DNA from: Uloborus diversus
Taxonomy: Eukaryota
Length of the DNA stretch: 64,000 nucleotides
Assembly: GCF_026930045.1 (NCBI RefSeq)
Contig: NC_072731.1
Span: 137,882,156-137,946,155 of the forward strand
Reading direction: 5' to 3'
Shown: positions 50,901-64,000 of the stretch, piece by piece
Layout of the letters: every line of letters starts with the position of its first letter
How positions within the stretch are numbered: the first letter of the stretch is position 1
The notes under the pieces: model-generated
Database searches by the model: none
The model's input: the letters and a program-made list of their open reading frames with translations, nothing else
What the model was told of the DNA's origin: nothing
Position numbers and translations under genes: made by a program

Positions 50901-51460
50901 AAGATTACAAATAGATCTTAGCAGTTGTCCACGTTTTAGAACTACCTAGATCATTCTAAATTTTTTTAGAACGTTCTAGATCATTCTGGATATTTCTAGA
51001 ACCTTCTAAGTCGATTATAACGTTCATAGACGTTTTGCAACTTTCTAGATCATTCTAGAACCTTTTAGAACTTTCTAGATCATTCTGGAAATTTTTAGAA
51101 CCTTCTAGAACATTCTAAGTCGATTATAACGTTCACAGACGTTTTGGAACTTTCTAGATCATTCTAGAACCTTTTAGAATTTTCTAGAACATTCTAAGTC
51201 GATTATAACGTTCACTGACGTTTTGGAACTTTTTAGATCATTCTAGAACCTTTTAGAACTTTCTAGATCATTCTGGAAATTTCTAGAACTTTCTAGAACA
51301 TTCTTAGTTGATTGTAGCGTTTGCGCATGTTTTGGAACTTTCTAGATCATTCTAGAAATATTGAGAATCTTCTAGAACAATCTAGATCGATTGTAACAGT
51401 TGCACACATTCTGGAGTTTTCTAGACTATTCCTAAAATTTTATGAACTTTCCCGTAGTTC
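50900..51460. repeat. Satellite built from ~20-bp 'ttctagaacattctagaacc' subunits arranged in ~80-110-bp higher-order units, about 6 units
   Basis: The unit 'acattctaagtcgattataacgttcacagacgttttggaactttctagatcattctagaaccttttagaa.tttctaga' repeats. Confidence 0.85.
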
Positions 51461-52149
51461 TCATAAGTTAGAAAAGGACAGATATACTTTTTCACATTTT
51501 TGCCACCCACAACCACCCACTTCCACCCACAGCGACCAAACTCCCTTATTCCTACCAGGAGACCAAGGGGTGCTTACCACCCCAAGCAGAAGTTGATTGG
51601 TATTGGTGGTGATAGAGAAAACCCTGTCTTTACCTACGCACATTAGCATTTTATATATATATATTAAAATAAGATTAAGATTTATACGTGGTTATTTCAG
51701 TTTCATCTGCGGAATGATCAAGTTTTATTTTTTTGAAACAGGGAACATTTTTCTTAACTGCATAATTCCTGATGGACCTTTTCTTTGGTAATTTTTTTGT
51801 AAAGTATGTTGGCAGATTTGGGAAAATTGTCGGAATGGCCTCATCTTTCAAAAAAGTTTTCCCCGAGGAATCAAAACTTCCTCACCATTTATAATATGCT
51901 TAAAATGCGTTTCATTAAAATGTTTTTCGAAATGCAGAGCACAATTGAGCAATATTTATCAAAAACTTTATCTAACCTGGGAATTAACGAGTTCCACTTT
52001 AGTTTTTCTTCATCTGCTGGAGCTTTAAAAAGCGTAACTTTTTCCTTATGTGTTTTGTACTCACTTTCAACTTTGATGCCTCTATTAAAAGCCTTGAACG
52101 CTTGTTTCATGAAATATTCACGAAATAAAGGTAAAAAAGAGAAACGCGG

Positions 52150-52720
52150 AACTAAATTGTAACAAAATCCCGCGTCTACTAATGTAAACACCGCGAAATT
52201 GAACGTGCACCTCGACTGCACTGCCATCTAACGGTTTCATACAATTCGTCTTCAAGAATCGCAGGGAAAAAAGCGCCGGTCGGCACACTACTCTTTCTAG
52301 GCACTATAGTTTTTCAAAATGCTGTTAGAAAAGGATAAGTTACACAAAAACTCCCAGTTTGACATAAATCAAAGTGTATTATTTCTCAAATATATTATAT
52401 GATGCAATACTAATTAAAAATAAAAAATACCATACAAAGCGCGATTCTTTTATTATACTTTACACTATTCATTCTTTGCAAAACAAGTAAAACGTAATAT
52501 TTTTTTACCTTCGAGACGAAAATAAAATATGATCCCTGCCAAACCAATTGACCACGCGATTTCTAATAAAAAATATCAACTTGGGAAAATATTGAAAAAA
52601 ATTGGATTTAACCCCCCCCCCCCCCCACCCTCACCCAGCCAAAGTAAAGGTATGTAGAGATTTTTCTAATCCTCCTCCCCTTCGGGACCCTTACGTAATT
52701 AATGAATGGTCCCTTATTTC
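52150..52720 (-). repeat. Right block of the R4 inverted-repeat family (mirror of 47778-48400)
   Basis: See the evidence for 47700-48700. It ends in a C16 run (52613-52628) and a palindromic head 'cccttacgtaattaatgaatggtccc'. Confidence 0.8.
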
Positions 52721-53939
52721 AAAACAGTAGTGGAAAACATTTTCTACCGACAATGCAGTCAAGGCACAAATTTTTAATCTCACAACTTTAAGGGGAAGGG
52801 GGGGGGGGGGACAGAGAAAATTAGGAACGCAGGAAGTGACTATGTTAAAAAATTTTCAATCGAGTTTCTTGTGATCTGCCATATTTTGCAGGAAGAGTAA
52901 AGATGATGATGCGGAAAAGGTTAAGGAGAAATTCTTGAAAAGTAAAAGAACTTGTTCAATTATATGAGTGGCCAAGATCTGATGATGTAGAACATGATGA
53001 TGAACAACTTTGTTTTACCCGACGGCCGCACCTCATCTTAACTAGTCTTTCAGGCCAGAGTACATGCAAAATTTTAATGTTTCAATTTATCTTTTTTCTG
53101 CGGAAAACGAAAAAAGATGGAAAAGAGAAGACAATTACAAACAAAGATTTGTTGCTGACATTGCTAAATGCTTATTTTAATACAGTAGGGTCCTGAAAGC
53201 CCGACCGAAAGTCAACCAAAAAGTGGCCAAGTTTGTAAATGCCAGGTGATTAAAAATGCGTATGTGGTACTATTTTGTGTCCGACAGGAAGTATATATAC
53301 TCGTCTTTTTACCTTAAAACTTAATTTCTACTCGTGCTCCTCTTTTTTTTTCTTTTTCTTTTCCATTTTTAATCTTTTAAAATGATCATGACTCCTCTCT
53401 GGATGGCATTCATCATTTGATAGTCACGGTGCGGCTGAGCGAGGCATATATTTTCAAGTTCCTAATTCACCAATTTTTTTAGGCAACACTTAACCACCGT
53501 TAAAATAACTCGACTCACCGGTGGTTCTCTTCCCCTAACTGCGGGGGCGTTTAAGAAATGGAGCATCTTCGGACGTCATACGGGAAGTTATTTATACGCC
53601 TGCGAAGCGGTGCCGTCAACTTTTCGGGAAAATAAAATAATCTTGAGAGTGGGGGTGTTTGCTTAACCTGCCTCATCTGCGAGTAAGATACGAGGGGATC
53701 ATGTTAACCAGAGAATAAGAACGAGGGGATGCGAGTGGATGAAGCATCAACGACTTGCGCCACAAGCACAGGCTAAATACAAATCCATCGTTTCAGAAAC
53801 GAGTGAGGTAGAGGAAGTGGTGCAAATATGGAAACCCTGTTTTAATTTTTGGTGTATCTAGTTTTTTCATCAATGAAATTTGTCTAAAATCTGGAAAACA
53901 CTTCAAAAAAAGACTATAACAATAACCGTCAAGCGCGGA

Positions 53940-54690
53940 TCCAATGGGGGGTCATGGGGGTCATGACCCCCCCCCCCCTTAGCCAGACCAAACATTACAC
54001 AACAGGGCCTTTTTAATCTTCCTGTTACTGAATTTTTCGAAGGAGAAATTGAGGACCACCCAGTTTGTGAACAAATTTAAATTATATCCAAGCACAAAAT
54101 TATGGGAAAGGGGGGGGGGGGACAAGTGTGGGTCAAGAGGGAGGTCATGGGGTCATGACCCCCCCCCCCCCTAGCTAGACCAAACATAACCCAACAGAGC
54201 CTTTATAATCTTCCAGTTACATATTTTTACGAAAGAGAAATTGAGGATCACCCACTTTATGAACAAATTTAAATTATATCCAAGTGCAAAATTAAGAGGG
54301 GGGGGAGGGGCAAGTGTGGATCCAGGGGGGGGCATGGGGATCATGAGCCTACTCCCCTTAACCAGATCAAACACTACCCATCAGATCCTTTTTATTCTTC
54401 CAGTTACAGATTTTTTCGAAGGAGAAATTGAGGATCACCCAGTTAGTATAAAAAATTTAATTATATCCAAGCGCAAAATTTACGGAGGGGAAAGGCGTGG
54501 GTCCAAGAGGGGGGGGGGATCATGAGGGTCATGACCCCACCCCCCTTAACCAAACCAAACATTACCCACCAGATCCTTTTTAATCTTCCAGTTACAGATT
54601 TTTTTCGAAGGAGAAATTGAGGATCACCCAATTTGTGTATAAATTTAAATTTTATCCAAGCGCAAAAATAGGGGGTGGGGGGAAGCGTTT
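53940..54690. repeat. Satellite of ~188-bp units, 4 copies, with palindromic 'ggtcatgacc' cores flanked by G/C runs
   Basis: The unit is 'gtgggtc.aagaggg...tcatgggg.tcatgacccccccccc.ttagc.agaccaaacat.acc.a.cag.gcctttt.aatcttccagttaca.atttttcgaaggagaaattgaggatcacccagtttgtgaacaaatttaaattatatccaag.gcaaaatt'. ORF 54241-54525 is an artefact of it. Confidence 0.85.
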
Positions 54691-55388
54691 TTGTATTTAA
54701 ATTAGAAAGATTTTCGTGCTGAGAGCTCTGGCTTTAAGCAGTTTTGAAGCAGCATATTGCAGTTATATATAGACTGCAATGCATATCTCAACACAAAATA
54801 CTTGGTACCTCTAAAAAACGATGTAGAGGCTTTGCTTGAAAAAAAAAGTAAAGAGGGGGTGGAGCAGGGGTTAAAGTAATTTTTATTGGATATTTATAAA
54901 CAAATTCTGGCAAATAGGTTTTTCTTTAAAAACCTGGAATTACTTCTTGGATTTTTTTTTAAATTATTTTTTTTTTTTTTAAGTGGAATATATTGTTTGA
55001 ACAGATCATTGATAAACCTCTATTGCGGTTACATCTATATTTGCACATAAACAATTAAAATATTCGCAAAAGAGTTGTTTTGCGGAAAATAAATTTCTTT
55101 AAGTGTGCGTAAAACAGTGAAACCTCGCTTAACGTACACTCCTCATTTCGGACTTTTTTTTTTTTAATTTCCTCCATTTTCTAGGATTAAAACATTAAAT
55201 TTCCCTTTATTAAAGTGGAGACTCTCAAACTCGGTCACGGATACAACTTTTCTTGTAAAAAGGATTTTTACTCTCATCAAAACGAACACTCTTCGACAAT
55301 TTTGGCTAAATGTGTTTAGTTTTCTATCTTAAAGCATTTTTGCCGCAAACTCTGCTAGCAGGTAATAATAACGTAGTTTTATACAAAA

Positions 55389-55790
55389 GTGAGGGATTTT
55401 TATAAAGGACTTTTGCCAGTTAATACATCATCGCTGCAAGTTGAATATCAACTGTGGGTCGCGAAGTGGAGACGGGAAAAGAATCAAAATCCAGTTAAAG
55501 ATTTCCCTCCATGTATCATAAAACTTATCGAAGAATGTGACAAGGACATGTATCCTGGAATAAATTGCCTTCTTCGACTCATAGCTACATTGCCATTTAG
55601 TATTGTCACAAGTGAGCGAACCTTCTCGACATTGCGGCGTTTAAAAACCTGGTTAAAAGCCTCAATGTGTGAGGAATGCCTTGTGGGACTTTCTCTCTTA
55701 AATATCCACAGAGACATTGATGTAAACATTGACCACATAATCACTAGATTCGCAAAGAAGTCGAAAAGGAAGTTAAACTTTGTCTTGTGA
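55389..55790 (+). mobile_element. hAT transposase C-terminal dimerisation (hATC) domain remnant; the N-terminal part is absent
   Basis: The ORF begins with GTG. It carries 'LLRLIATLPFSIVTSERTFSTLRRLKTWLKASMCEECLVGLSLLNIHRDIDV', which matches the hAT family C-terminal motif (…SERxFSxLxxxKTxLRxxMxxERLxxLxLLxIHxD…). The frame is closed by a stop 15 nt upstream. There is no BED or RNaseH-like region in the upstream 3 kb. Confidence 0.8.
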
Positions 55791-56051
55791 GAAAATGTGT
55801 GGAAGAAAACCGTTCAAAAATATTAAAATAATGTTTGGAGGGGACCCCGGAAATTGAAAAGCGCTCACCTTCACCAATGTTATTTTTCATAACAAAATTT
55901 TCATGAATTTATTTTTCAATGTTTTTTTAGGATCCCTTAAGGTTAATTAAACTACTTTTTAATGCATAAATATTACACACTAACACACTTTTGATGTGGA
56001 GGTAAAATATGTTTAACATTTCAAGCCAATTTAGTAGGGGAATGTGGGGCG

Positions 56052-57470
56052 AAGTGAAATAGCAGGGCAAAGTGAAATGGTGAAATGTCTACTCCGTTTT
56101 TAGCGCTACTTAACTAGTAATATTTTAACTATGTAGTCAGATGTGTCATGTGTAGTCTATTCCAGTCAAGAAAAAATTACAGTGACTTCTCACTTATACG
56201 CGACCAAAGGGGACAACGAAATTTTCGCGCATAAGTGAGATTCGCGAATAAGTGAAAAACCCAAAAGTCCACTTAAAAGCAATAAGTTCACATCTGTTAT
56301 AGTTATACTAATAGTTCACTACTAATACTAATGAATAAACACGCACATAATTTCTGTTTATGCATTGTAATTTAATAAAAAGGAAAAATTTGAAATTGTA
56401 CGTTTTGACATTTTTTATGCACTGTACAGTACGTAAGCGAATTCCCCAAAAAACCTAAAAAATGTCACGTGATCAGAGCTATAGTCTACGAGGATGTAAA
56501 AGATCCTGGATAGGCTACGTCAGGGCTTACCGCTTGACCACAACTTTTAGTGACGTCAACTTTTTCTTATGTAACCCGTTCTCCCCTCTCGATGTCAATT
56601 ACAAGATTAATTCTACCCCCAATTGCACACTTGTGCCAAAAAGAACGCGTTCTTTGAAGTATCCGAACAATAAAATAAAGGCGTGTGAATGCATTTCAAG
56701 AGACAGAACAAGAAGTGTACAGATCTTCCGATAAACAAAGCGTAAATATACGTGATTTAACTAAAGCTTGAAAAAAAATTATCGTGCATAAGGTGAAAGG
56801 TGCGTTTTAGGTTTCGTGTATAAATGAACAAGAGTTAACATTGTTTTCCTATATCACTTGCCGGGCCCGTGAGAAAATCGCGCATAACTGAAAAACGTGT
56901 ATAACAGAGGTCGCGTACAAGCGAGAGATCACTGTACTTCCAAAAATCTAATCGTATGATAATACAAGCAATTTTTAAAAAATCATACTCAAATTGTAAT
57001 ATTTTGTTGTAACTCAAAAATTATTTTGATATTATCGACATGATGAATTGGGACCTTCTAATATTCGGTGCGGTATTTATTTAGTTAATCTTTAGTTTAC
57101 TTGTGTTTTTAATATTTCTCACAATTAGTCAAAGTCACTCATTCAATCATCTAATAAATCACCCGCGTTTTATTTACTTAGTAATTTGATCAAAAATATT
57201 TTTCACAATGGAATAGAACATATTTCATTCGAAAAATATTTCAATTTTCTCTTTGCCCCACGGAAAAAAAAGTGAACATTTTCCACTTTTTTATTTGAAG
57301 AAACAATTATACTGCCAAAAATCAAAAATAAGGTTTCAATGCAAGTTTTGTTATAAAATACAATGTTTTTTCTTTATGTACTGTAATTTTCAAAACAAAT
57401 TTCCAATTTGTTCATTTTGAAAAAGCTTAGTCATGTTAACTATTTCACTTTGCCCCACATTCCCCTACTA
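56052..57470. mobile_element. Non-autonomous TIR element of ~1.42 kb (31-bp TIR 'tagtaggggaatgtggggc.aagtgaaatag') carrying a nested MITE; its right part equals repeat R5
   Basis: The reverse complement of 57440-57470 equals 56052-56082 with one mismatch. TA dinucleotides flank both ends. 57220-57440 matches 16225-16450. Confidence 0.65.
56180..56934. mobile_element. Tc1/mariner-type MITE of 755 bp with ~28-bp TIRs starting 'cagtgacttctcacttatacgcgacc' and a TA TSD
   Basis: The left junction is 'aaaaatTA|CAGTGACTTCTCACTTATACGCGACC'. The right junction is 'GGTCGCGTACAAGCGAGAGATCACTG|TActtcc'. Subterminal direct repeats 'cgcgcataagtgag/cgcgaataagtgaaaaac' are present. The inner ORF 56462-56734 has no transposase similarity. 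Confidence 0.65.
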
Positions 57471-60279
57471 AAAACCCTGTATAATTTCACCGAGATGCTA
57501 TAAAATAAGCGGTTTCAATTAGAAACATTGTCATAATGATTATAACACGAGACTAAGGTTTACCCATACTTCATTTGAGTTTTTATAAATTAATTTATGT
57601 GTTAACTATAAAATATTATGTAACTAAGAAAATCATACCTTCATAAAGGGTAAGTTTTATTGTATTTAGTTTATAGTATATTTACATTAGTAGTATTGTA
57701 TTATATTTAATTTTATGTAGAAATTATTTCTTTCAAAGTAGTTGTCGATTTGTTCTTAATGCCCTGATACAGATGACATACCATTTTGATACTAAATGCC
57801 GTTTCTATTAATATTATATGGCTTAGCCAAGAAACTACCATGCGATTTTTTTCATTCTACATTTTTTATAAGCTAAAAAATAAATCTATTGTTTCCAAAA
57901 TAGCTTCTTGGATAGAAATGACTCTTCTAGGCTACACATTATTTTAAAATGTTAATAGTTGATTCCCTCAAAAAGGAATTAACAGACGAAACGCTGTATT
58001 AGGTTCTTCGATGAATTAAATGTATTCTGCCGCTCTGGCCTCTGACTCCTGAAGTACAGTTGACTCTTTTACCTGAATATCCAAATATCCTGAACACATT
58101 TTGATGGTCCCGGGAACCACGTATGCATTACTTCCGTCTCCCCCTATACTGAACACCCTCTTAAACTGAAGACTTTCGTTCGGTCCAATGAGTGTTCAGA
58201 ATTATTGTACTTCCTTAGCAAACAAAATACTTTTAATCAAATATGCTTTCTGTGTTTTGTGTTCTTTTTCATGACTGAAAGTTTTTTATTTATGTAAAAG
58301 AGAAGTCAATTAAAAAATTAAATGAAATAGTTGCATTAATTTATTTCTTTGGGGGAGGGGCCTGAACCCCCTGGACTTCCCCTAAAATCTGCTACTGATT
58401 ATTCAGTATGGTATTTGTACAATTTGAAATTCTTGTTCGTTTTATAATTTTTTCATTTTCATTTTAGTATAATCTAGTGCGTTGACCAACATAAATGACT
58501 GCTGCTGCTCCTAGTTCAAATTAGAAAAATCAGGTCTCCACAAAGTTTAAAAATTGTAACATTTAGAATATACATAGTTTTCTTAGAAGCATACTGTATT
58601 TTTTGTTTTATGTATGCTAATAATGCAACAACGGTTTGTTGGTAAGTAAGAAACAAGCAAAAGATTTCAATATAAACGTTTTCAGATTCTTCATACATAA
58701 CGAAATATGGTAAAACTACGATTTAGACTGAAGAACCCCCCTTTTTTTTTGACGAGCATGTCATAACCCCCCCCCACCAAGATACCGTTGTTTGTGGGTA
58801 CAAGTTTGATGACCCCCCCCCCCTTAACGGAGCCTGGATCCGCCCTTGATAACCGTTTTTGGTTTTATGTAAAACATTACGTTCACATCGTATTAATAAT
58901 GGTTAATAATAAATTGAATCTTTAACCCGATTTTCAAAATGTGCTGGTAATGTGGAAACATTTGTTTTCTGGATAAAAACACTAACTAAAAAAATTCATA
59001 CTTAAATGTGTATTTATTATACATAGCGAAACTAATACAAAGGCTTAAAAATTAAACTTTTTAAATAAAAAAATAAAATAAAATAAATAAAATAAAATGT
59101 TCACTTGCAAAAGTCACAAATGTAATGATCATTTACACATCCAGCGCACAAAGTATGGCACCAAGACTCGCAAACCAAACATCTGATCCAAAGTTCCCCT
59201 TGAACATCATTTGAAAAAGCCTCCCCGCAAAAAATGCAAATGGCTTCCACATTACCAGCATAGCCATATTGAACTATGAAGATAAAACTACGCTATATTT
59301 TCAAGCTAGGAATCCACTTAATTGTACCAGATTGTAGAGTATTTTTTGCTTAACCAATAACTGCCTAAGTACTAAGAAATAGCTTAATGGATTGTGTAAT
59401 TAAACCAACTTTAAAGACTTACCTCGAAAGTTTCAAAAATCAAGAAAAACTGAAAACATCAACTTCACTGATAATAAACCACGACTTGACTATCAACGCT
59501 CCTACAGGCTTACTAAACAAACACTGTAACAAGTTTATGCGTTTACCGTAAAAGTGCAACGCCTCACAAACCGTACAAGTTATGTTTCCACATTACCAAA
59601 CACACTTCCTCTACTAATAGCTCTCCAACTTCTTTATACCGTGCTTCGAGTAATCACGATAAACTTAATTGTGATCAACTCAAGAGCGGACCCAGCCACA
59701 AATTCTTCAAGGAGGAGGCGATTCGTTACTTAGCATTACCTGATTTGATTTATGCACACACACACACGCACGCACACACATGCACACATTTATGTATATA
59801 TACGTTATTATTATTATTATTTAAAGTCTCACTCGTAGGTAGCACAGTGGCAAGTGTACTACAACAAGAAACTCAAAAGAATATTTACAGTGTAAATCAG
59901 AGGTGCCCCCCCCCCCAGCTCAATGGCGCAAATTCCACCCCAATTTTTTTCTCGCTTCCGAATCGGGTTAAACATTTTAACCCGATGTTTAATGTTTAAT
60001 TTCCAGTCAAATTCCGGAAGGGGGGGGGGGGGGGTACCGCTAACAAATACCATTTGAACTCAAATATTGTTGGATTGTTGATCCGCCTCGCCTTCCCAAA
60101 ATTTACAACTTGAACCTTGAGTAAACAAGCATTGGAGACCCCTGAGTTTTGGTACACCTTTTTCTTTTCTCTTTTTTTTTTTAAACGTATGAATAACTAC
60201 AGGGAGAATGGATTCAACTTTCCGGTTTTGGATGGAGTTATTACTAGATAGATACAATATGAACCTTGAAACGGAAATA

Positions 60280-61110
60280 CAATAGTCATTTAGCTAGGGA
60301 GTCCGGGGGTTTCTCCTCCGGAAAATTTTCGAAATTGTAGCTTTAAAACCAGTTTTTGACGATCTCTGGTGAAGCTAGGGGAATAAAAGGTTCGGCGGCC
60401 CCTTCCCAATAATTTTTCAATACTGAAACTTCAAAAACGCAATTGTAGATACAGATAGCCTACCGTTGTGTTAGGGAGAGGGGACGTGTTCGGAGACTCT
60501 TCTCCGATAAGTTTTCAAAATTGTATGTATCTAAAAAGGGAGTTTTAGACTATCCGCTAGAGATTCGGGGCCTCTCGCTCCGGAAAATTTACGCGATTAA
60601 AGTCTTAAAAACGCTATTTTAGGCTATGGGTTGGGGGAAAGGCAGTTTTCTGAAATTGATCCTCTAAAATTGCAATTGTAACCGAACTAAGTGACGTTAA
60701 GAAAAAGGGTTTTCAGAAGCTCTCCCGGAATTTTCTTGAAATTGAAGCCCCGAAAATCAAATTTAAGACGATCTTTACTATTGTTAACGAGAGTGGGAGA
60801 AGGGAGAGGGGCGCTCCACTTAAATTTTTGAACTTGTAGCTTTAAAGACGCAGTTTTACTAGATCTTGATAATGTTAGTGAAAGGTGAATTTCGGTGCAA
60901 TTCGCTCGGAAATTTTTCGAAATTGATACTTCAAAAACGCAATTCTAAGACTGTCTTTGATTTTGTTAAGGAGATGGGGCGGGGGAATCAGGAGCTCTCT
61001 CCTACAAAATTTTCAAAATTGCAGATTGGACAAGCAGTTTATATGACTCTTGATGATAAAGAGGGAGTTATTTGGGCATTACAGTGGGGGCGCTCGCCTG
61101 GAAGTTTTCC
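60280..61110 (+). repeat. Satellite family of ~115-bp units, locus 2 with about 7 units
   Basis: See the evidence for 31900-32300. ORF 60866-61240 (124 aa) is an artefact of the array. Confidence 0.8.
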
Positions 61111-64000
61111 AAAATTAAAGTCGCATAGCCAAAAAAGATGGATCACGCACAGATACCCTGTGACAGATATTTTTCGGCAATCCTCAGAAATGGATTCAGC
61201 TATTCAGCATGCATCGAAAATCAATGCTCGAAAATTTTAACGAATCAAACATTCTTCTATGCATATCAGATATAGAAGAAAGTAAAAATGATTTACGAGA
61301 AATAATTAAAACACCTTAAGAACTGACTGTACTGCTTCCATCAGCGAAAACCAACATCACTGAAAGTTTTAATAAAAATCATCTAATGATAAATTGAAAC
61401 AATCAGTTTAAAAATGGTAGAGAAGATGATAGTAAAGTGAAATGAAAAATTCTACATAAACATAAGCTAGTTTATGAAGAAAATATAGTAATTGTCGATT
61501 GGAGGGATTAAAAATATGTTATTCGCAAACTTCATAACTAGTTCTTAACGATTGTCAAGGTGCAAACGAATCATTGAAAGACTAAAGCATAGTGGTCAGA
61601 ATTATTACATACAATAAATAAAGAAGAGGAAAAAACTTTTTATTTTAGTCACTTTCGATCTCTCTCCCTCTCATCACTGTTACACGTATTCATCATGCAG
61701 AATTGTGTTACCTTCCAGAAAATTTATGATAAATTAAAAAGGAAGCAAATCACCTGATCCAGCTTTGAAACGGACACTAACTCCATCCCGTCTCTGATGT
61801 TCCCTTTATTGAAAAAGAGACACGTCATTAAATTTTGGAAAGAGTACGTGGAAAAAGTATTATTGATGCATCTATTTCTTGTTGAATAAATTTATATATT
61901 TTTTCCTTCCAAAAATAAAAAATTACATGTTTTAAAGAAAAAAAAAACTTCTGGAAAAAAATCCCCCCCCCCCTGTGGGCATCCAAGAATGTAAATTGAA
62001 AACCATGTAAATATGAAAAGTTGAACAATATGAACATTAAGATAAATAATAGAATGGGCAGTAACTGCTACGTTATCAAAGAGCTGGAGCAGTTGGCATA
62101 TTATACTAATTTGCAAAGGTTTCTATAGAGGTCGGTAACGCACAAGTCTGTGAGTATTTGCATTTTTATCAAATTAGTAAGAATTTACTTGCTTATTTCA
62201 ACTGTACCACGCAGTTGACACGCACAAATATGTGTAAAGTTTATTTAACTTGAATTTTTATGTTAAACTCATTTTTTTTCACCGTTTCCGACACTTTCTC
62301 GAAAAACCCAAAGTTTTCTTCCCAACTCCCTCCCACCTTTAGCTCACCCCCTAGGGGCGGGGACTTTTAGTATAATTACTTACTAACTACCCCTAACGAT
62401 ATTCTGAAGTCAAAAATTATCGCATATTCCATGCACGCTCCACCCCTGTTTTGAGCACTCATTGACTGGACTAAAAAGTTATTGAAGTTTGACTCATCCG
62501 CTGATAACTTTCTGAATTTCTAAGATATTGAACTGGTGTTTTTTTATAAGTTGGGGAACCTAGTTGGGCGGTGAATTATGAAAGTTAAAAATTGCTATCT
62601 TTCGCGCATGCGTGGTGAACAATTAATTGCTTTAAACGTTCATATTTCTTGAAATCTTCAACACTTTAATTTCAAATTTTAGTATTAACTCTTGTGTACT
62701 ATGTGTTTTTTGAATGTTTGGTAAGCTTTGATGGAAAACTTTGCGTCTTATGGGCCAAAAACTTACAAATAAAGTTTGTAGTTATGAAAGAAATACTTAT
62801 ATCTCCGTCAACGTCAGTGATACTTTCTCAAAAGTATGTAAAATAAATGTATATAGTTAGCTAACTAATTTCTGACATTTACAGCTTATTCTCAGCTATT
62901 TACGATGAATGATGATCAAAAAACATTTTTTTTTTGCCTCAATCTGTAGCTGATCCCCTAAACGCATGGGGAATATAACTTTTATTCGAAAATGACAAAT
63001 GGATCATACCTTTTTTTTTTGTGATAAAAATTCCAAAGCAATTGGTCTCTTATTTCTTGAAAAATCCATAAAAATGTGAATTTTTGAAAGTGTCCAGATA
63101 CTTTTGGTGATATAGTGTGCACGTGTCAAATTGCACTTTCATAATTAAAATCAAACGTGTTTAATATTTACTACACTGAACATCAGTAGGTCTCAATATT
63201 TGAAATAGTATTAACAAAAGCTTTTCCGTTACAAAAGCAAAATTTTTTATATTTTTATATTTATTCACACAGTTTGGTAACACCAATTTCAAAACTTAAA
63301 AACTCTTTTTTATCATGTACAGTGATCTCTAGAAGTAACTTATTTTTGACTGGAATCTACAACATGTTTAACAGAATAGTTCAAATAGCACCCAATTGGT
63401 GGAGCGCAAACAGAGAAAAATATTTTGCCATTTCATTTCCCACAAACTCCCCTACATATGTCTCCTCAAAGAAAATTTTCTGTTCATAAAAAAGTCATTT
63501 CTTTTTGAGTGCAGTAGGAAGAACTGCGCTGAAAATATTTTCAAAGGAGTCTGTACTTCCATATCGTGTTTTTGGAGTAGAAAAGAATAAAAACACAAAA
63601 ATTATACCAGACTATGAATGACGTCAAACTGACACCCGAAAATAGAGCCGCTACAAAAGAACCGCGAATATTCGACTTTATCGGAAGATGCAAGCAGCTG
63701 CTTTTGCTCTCGGAAAACAAGCACAGCACATTGAATTTTTCCTCCGAAGCTTTGGAATTTCCTGCGAGGACAGTGGCGAATCTATTTCAGAAGAGTGCGA
63801 AGATCACTTCTAGATCAACAGAGGAAGAAGCTCTTCAGCTCTAAGTCGCACACATATCATTCATTTCAGAATAAGAAATGCAATATTTCTTAGTAAGATG
63901 GAAGTAATGCATCAGGGATCATAGCTTCAAATAATATGTTTAAATAGCTGTGTTTAGTTGTGGTTACATAAATCTGCGTTTCTCAACCTATTATTTTGAC

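Noticed and set aside
54241-54525. 94-aa Gly-rich ORF
   Set aside because: It lies within the 188-bp satellite and is driven by G runs.
60866-61240. 124-aa ORF
   Set aside because: It lies entirely within the 115-bp satellite array and is a product of repeat periodicity.

Overview
This window reads as eukaryotic nuclear DNA, most likely from an arthropod or other invertebrate. It is AT-rich, dense in TA/CA microsatellites, and packed with interspersed and tandem repeats. I could not support any intact protein-coding gene, rRNA, tRNA, CRISPR array or prokaryotic-style operon or defence system. Every ORF over about 100 aa in the track is an artefact of a microsatellite, a G/C homopolymer or a satellite array.

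The window holds:
- Decayed transposable-element coding remnants: a LINE ORF2 C-terminus, a Penelope-like RT, a Helitron Rep N-terminus, and a hAT dimerisation domain.
- Many non-autonomous MITE-like elements with terminal inverted repeats (TIRs).
- One young 3958-bp DNA transposon with perfect 16-bp TIRs, a 7-bp target-site duplication (TSD), and a paralogous empty site in the same window.
- A TA-flanked Tc1/mariner-type MITE nested inside another TIR element.
- At least six satellite families and several dispersed repeat families present in 2-3 copies.
- Unusually frequent G/C homopolymer runs of 10 or more.

I do not see the undescribed 'system' the prompt hints at in any coding sense. The most unusual structures are:
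- A ~450-bp near-perfect hairpin, shaped like an hpRNA/endo-siRNA precursor or a foldback element.
- Two large nested or inverted-repeat architectures, at 17.2-33.1 kb and at 47.7-52.7 kb.

All family assignments come from motif recognition by eye, not from database searches.
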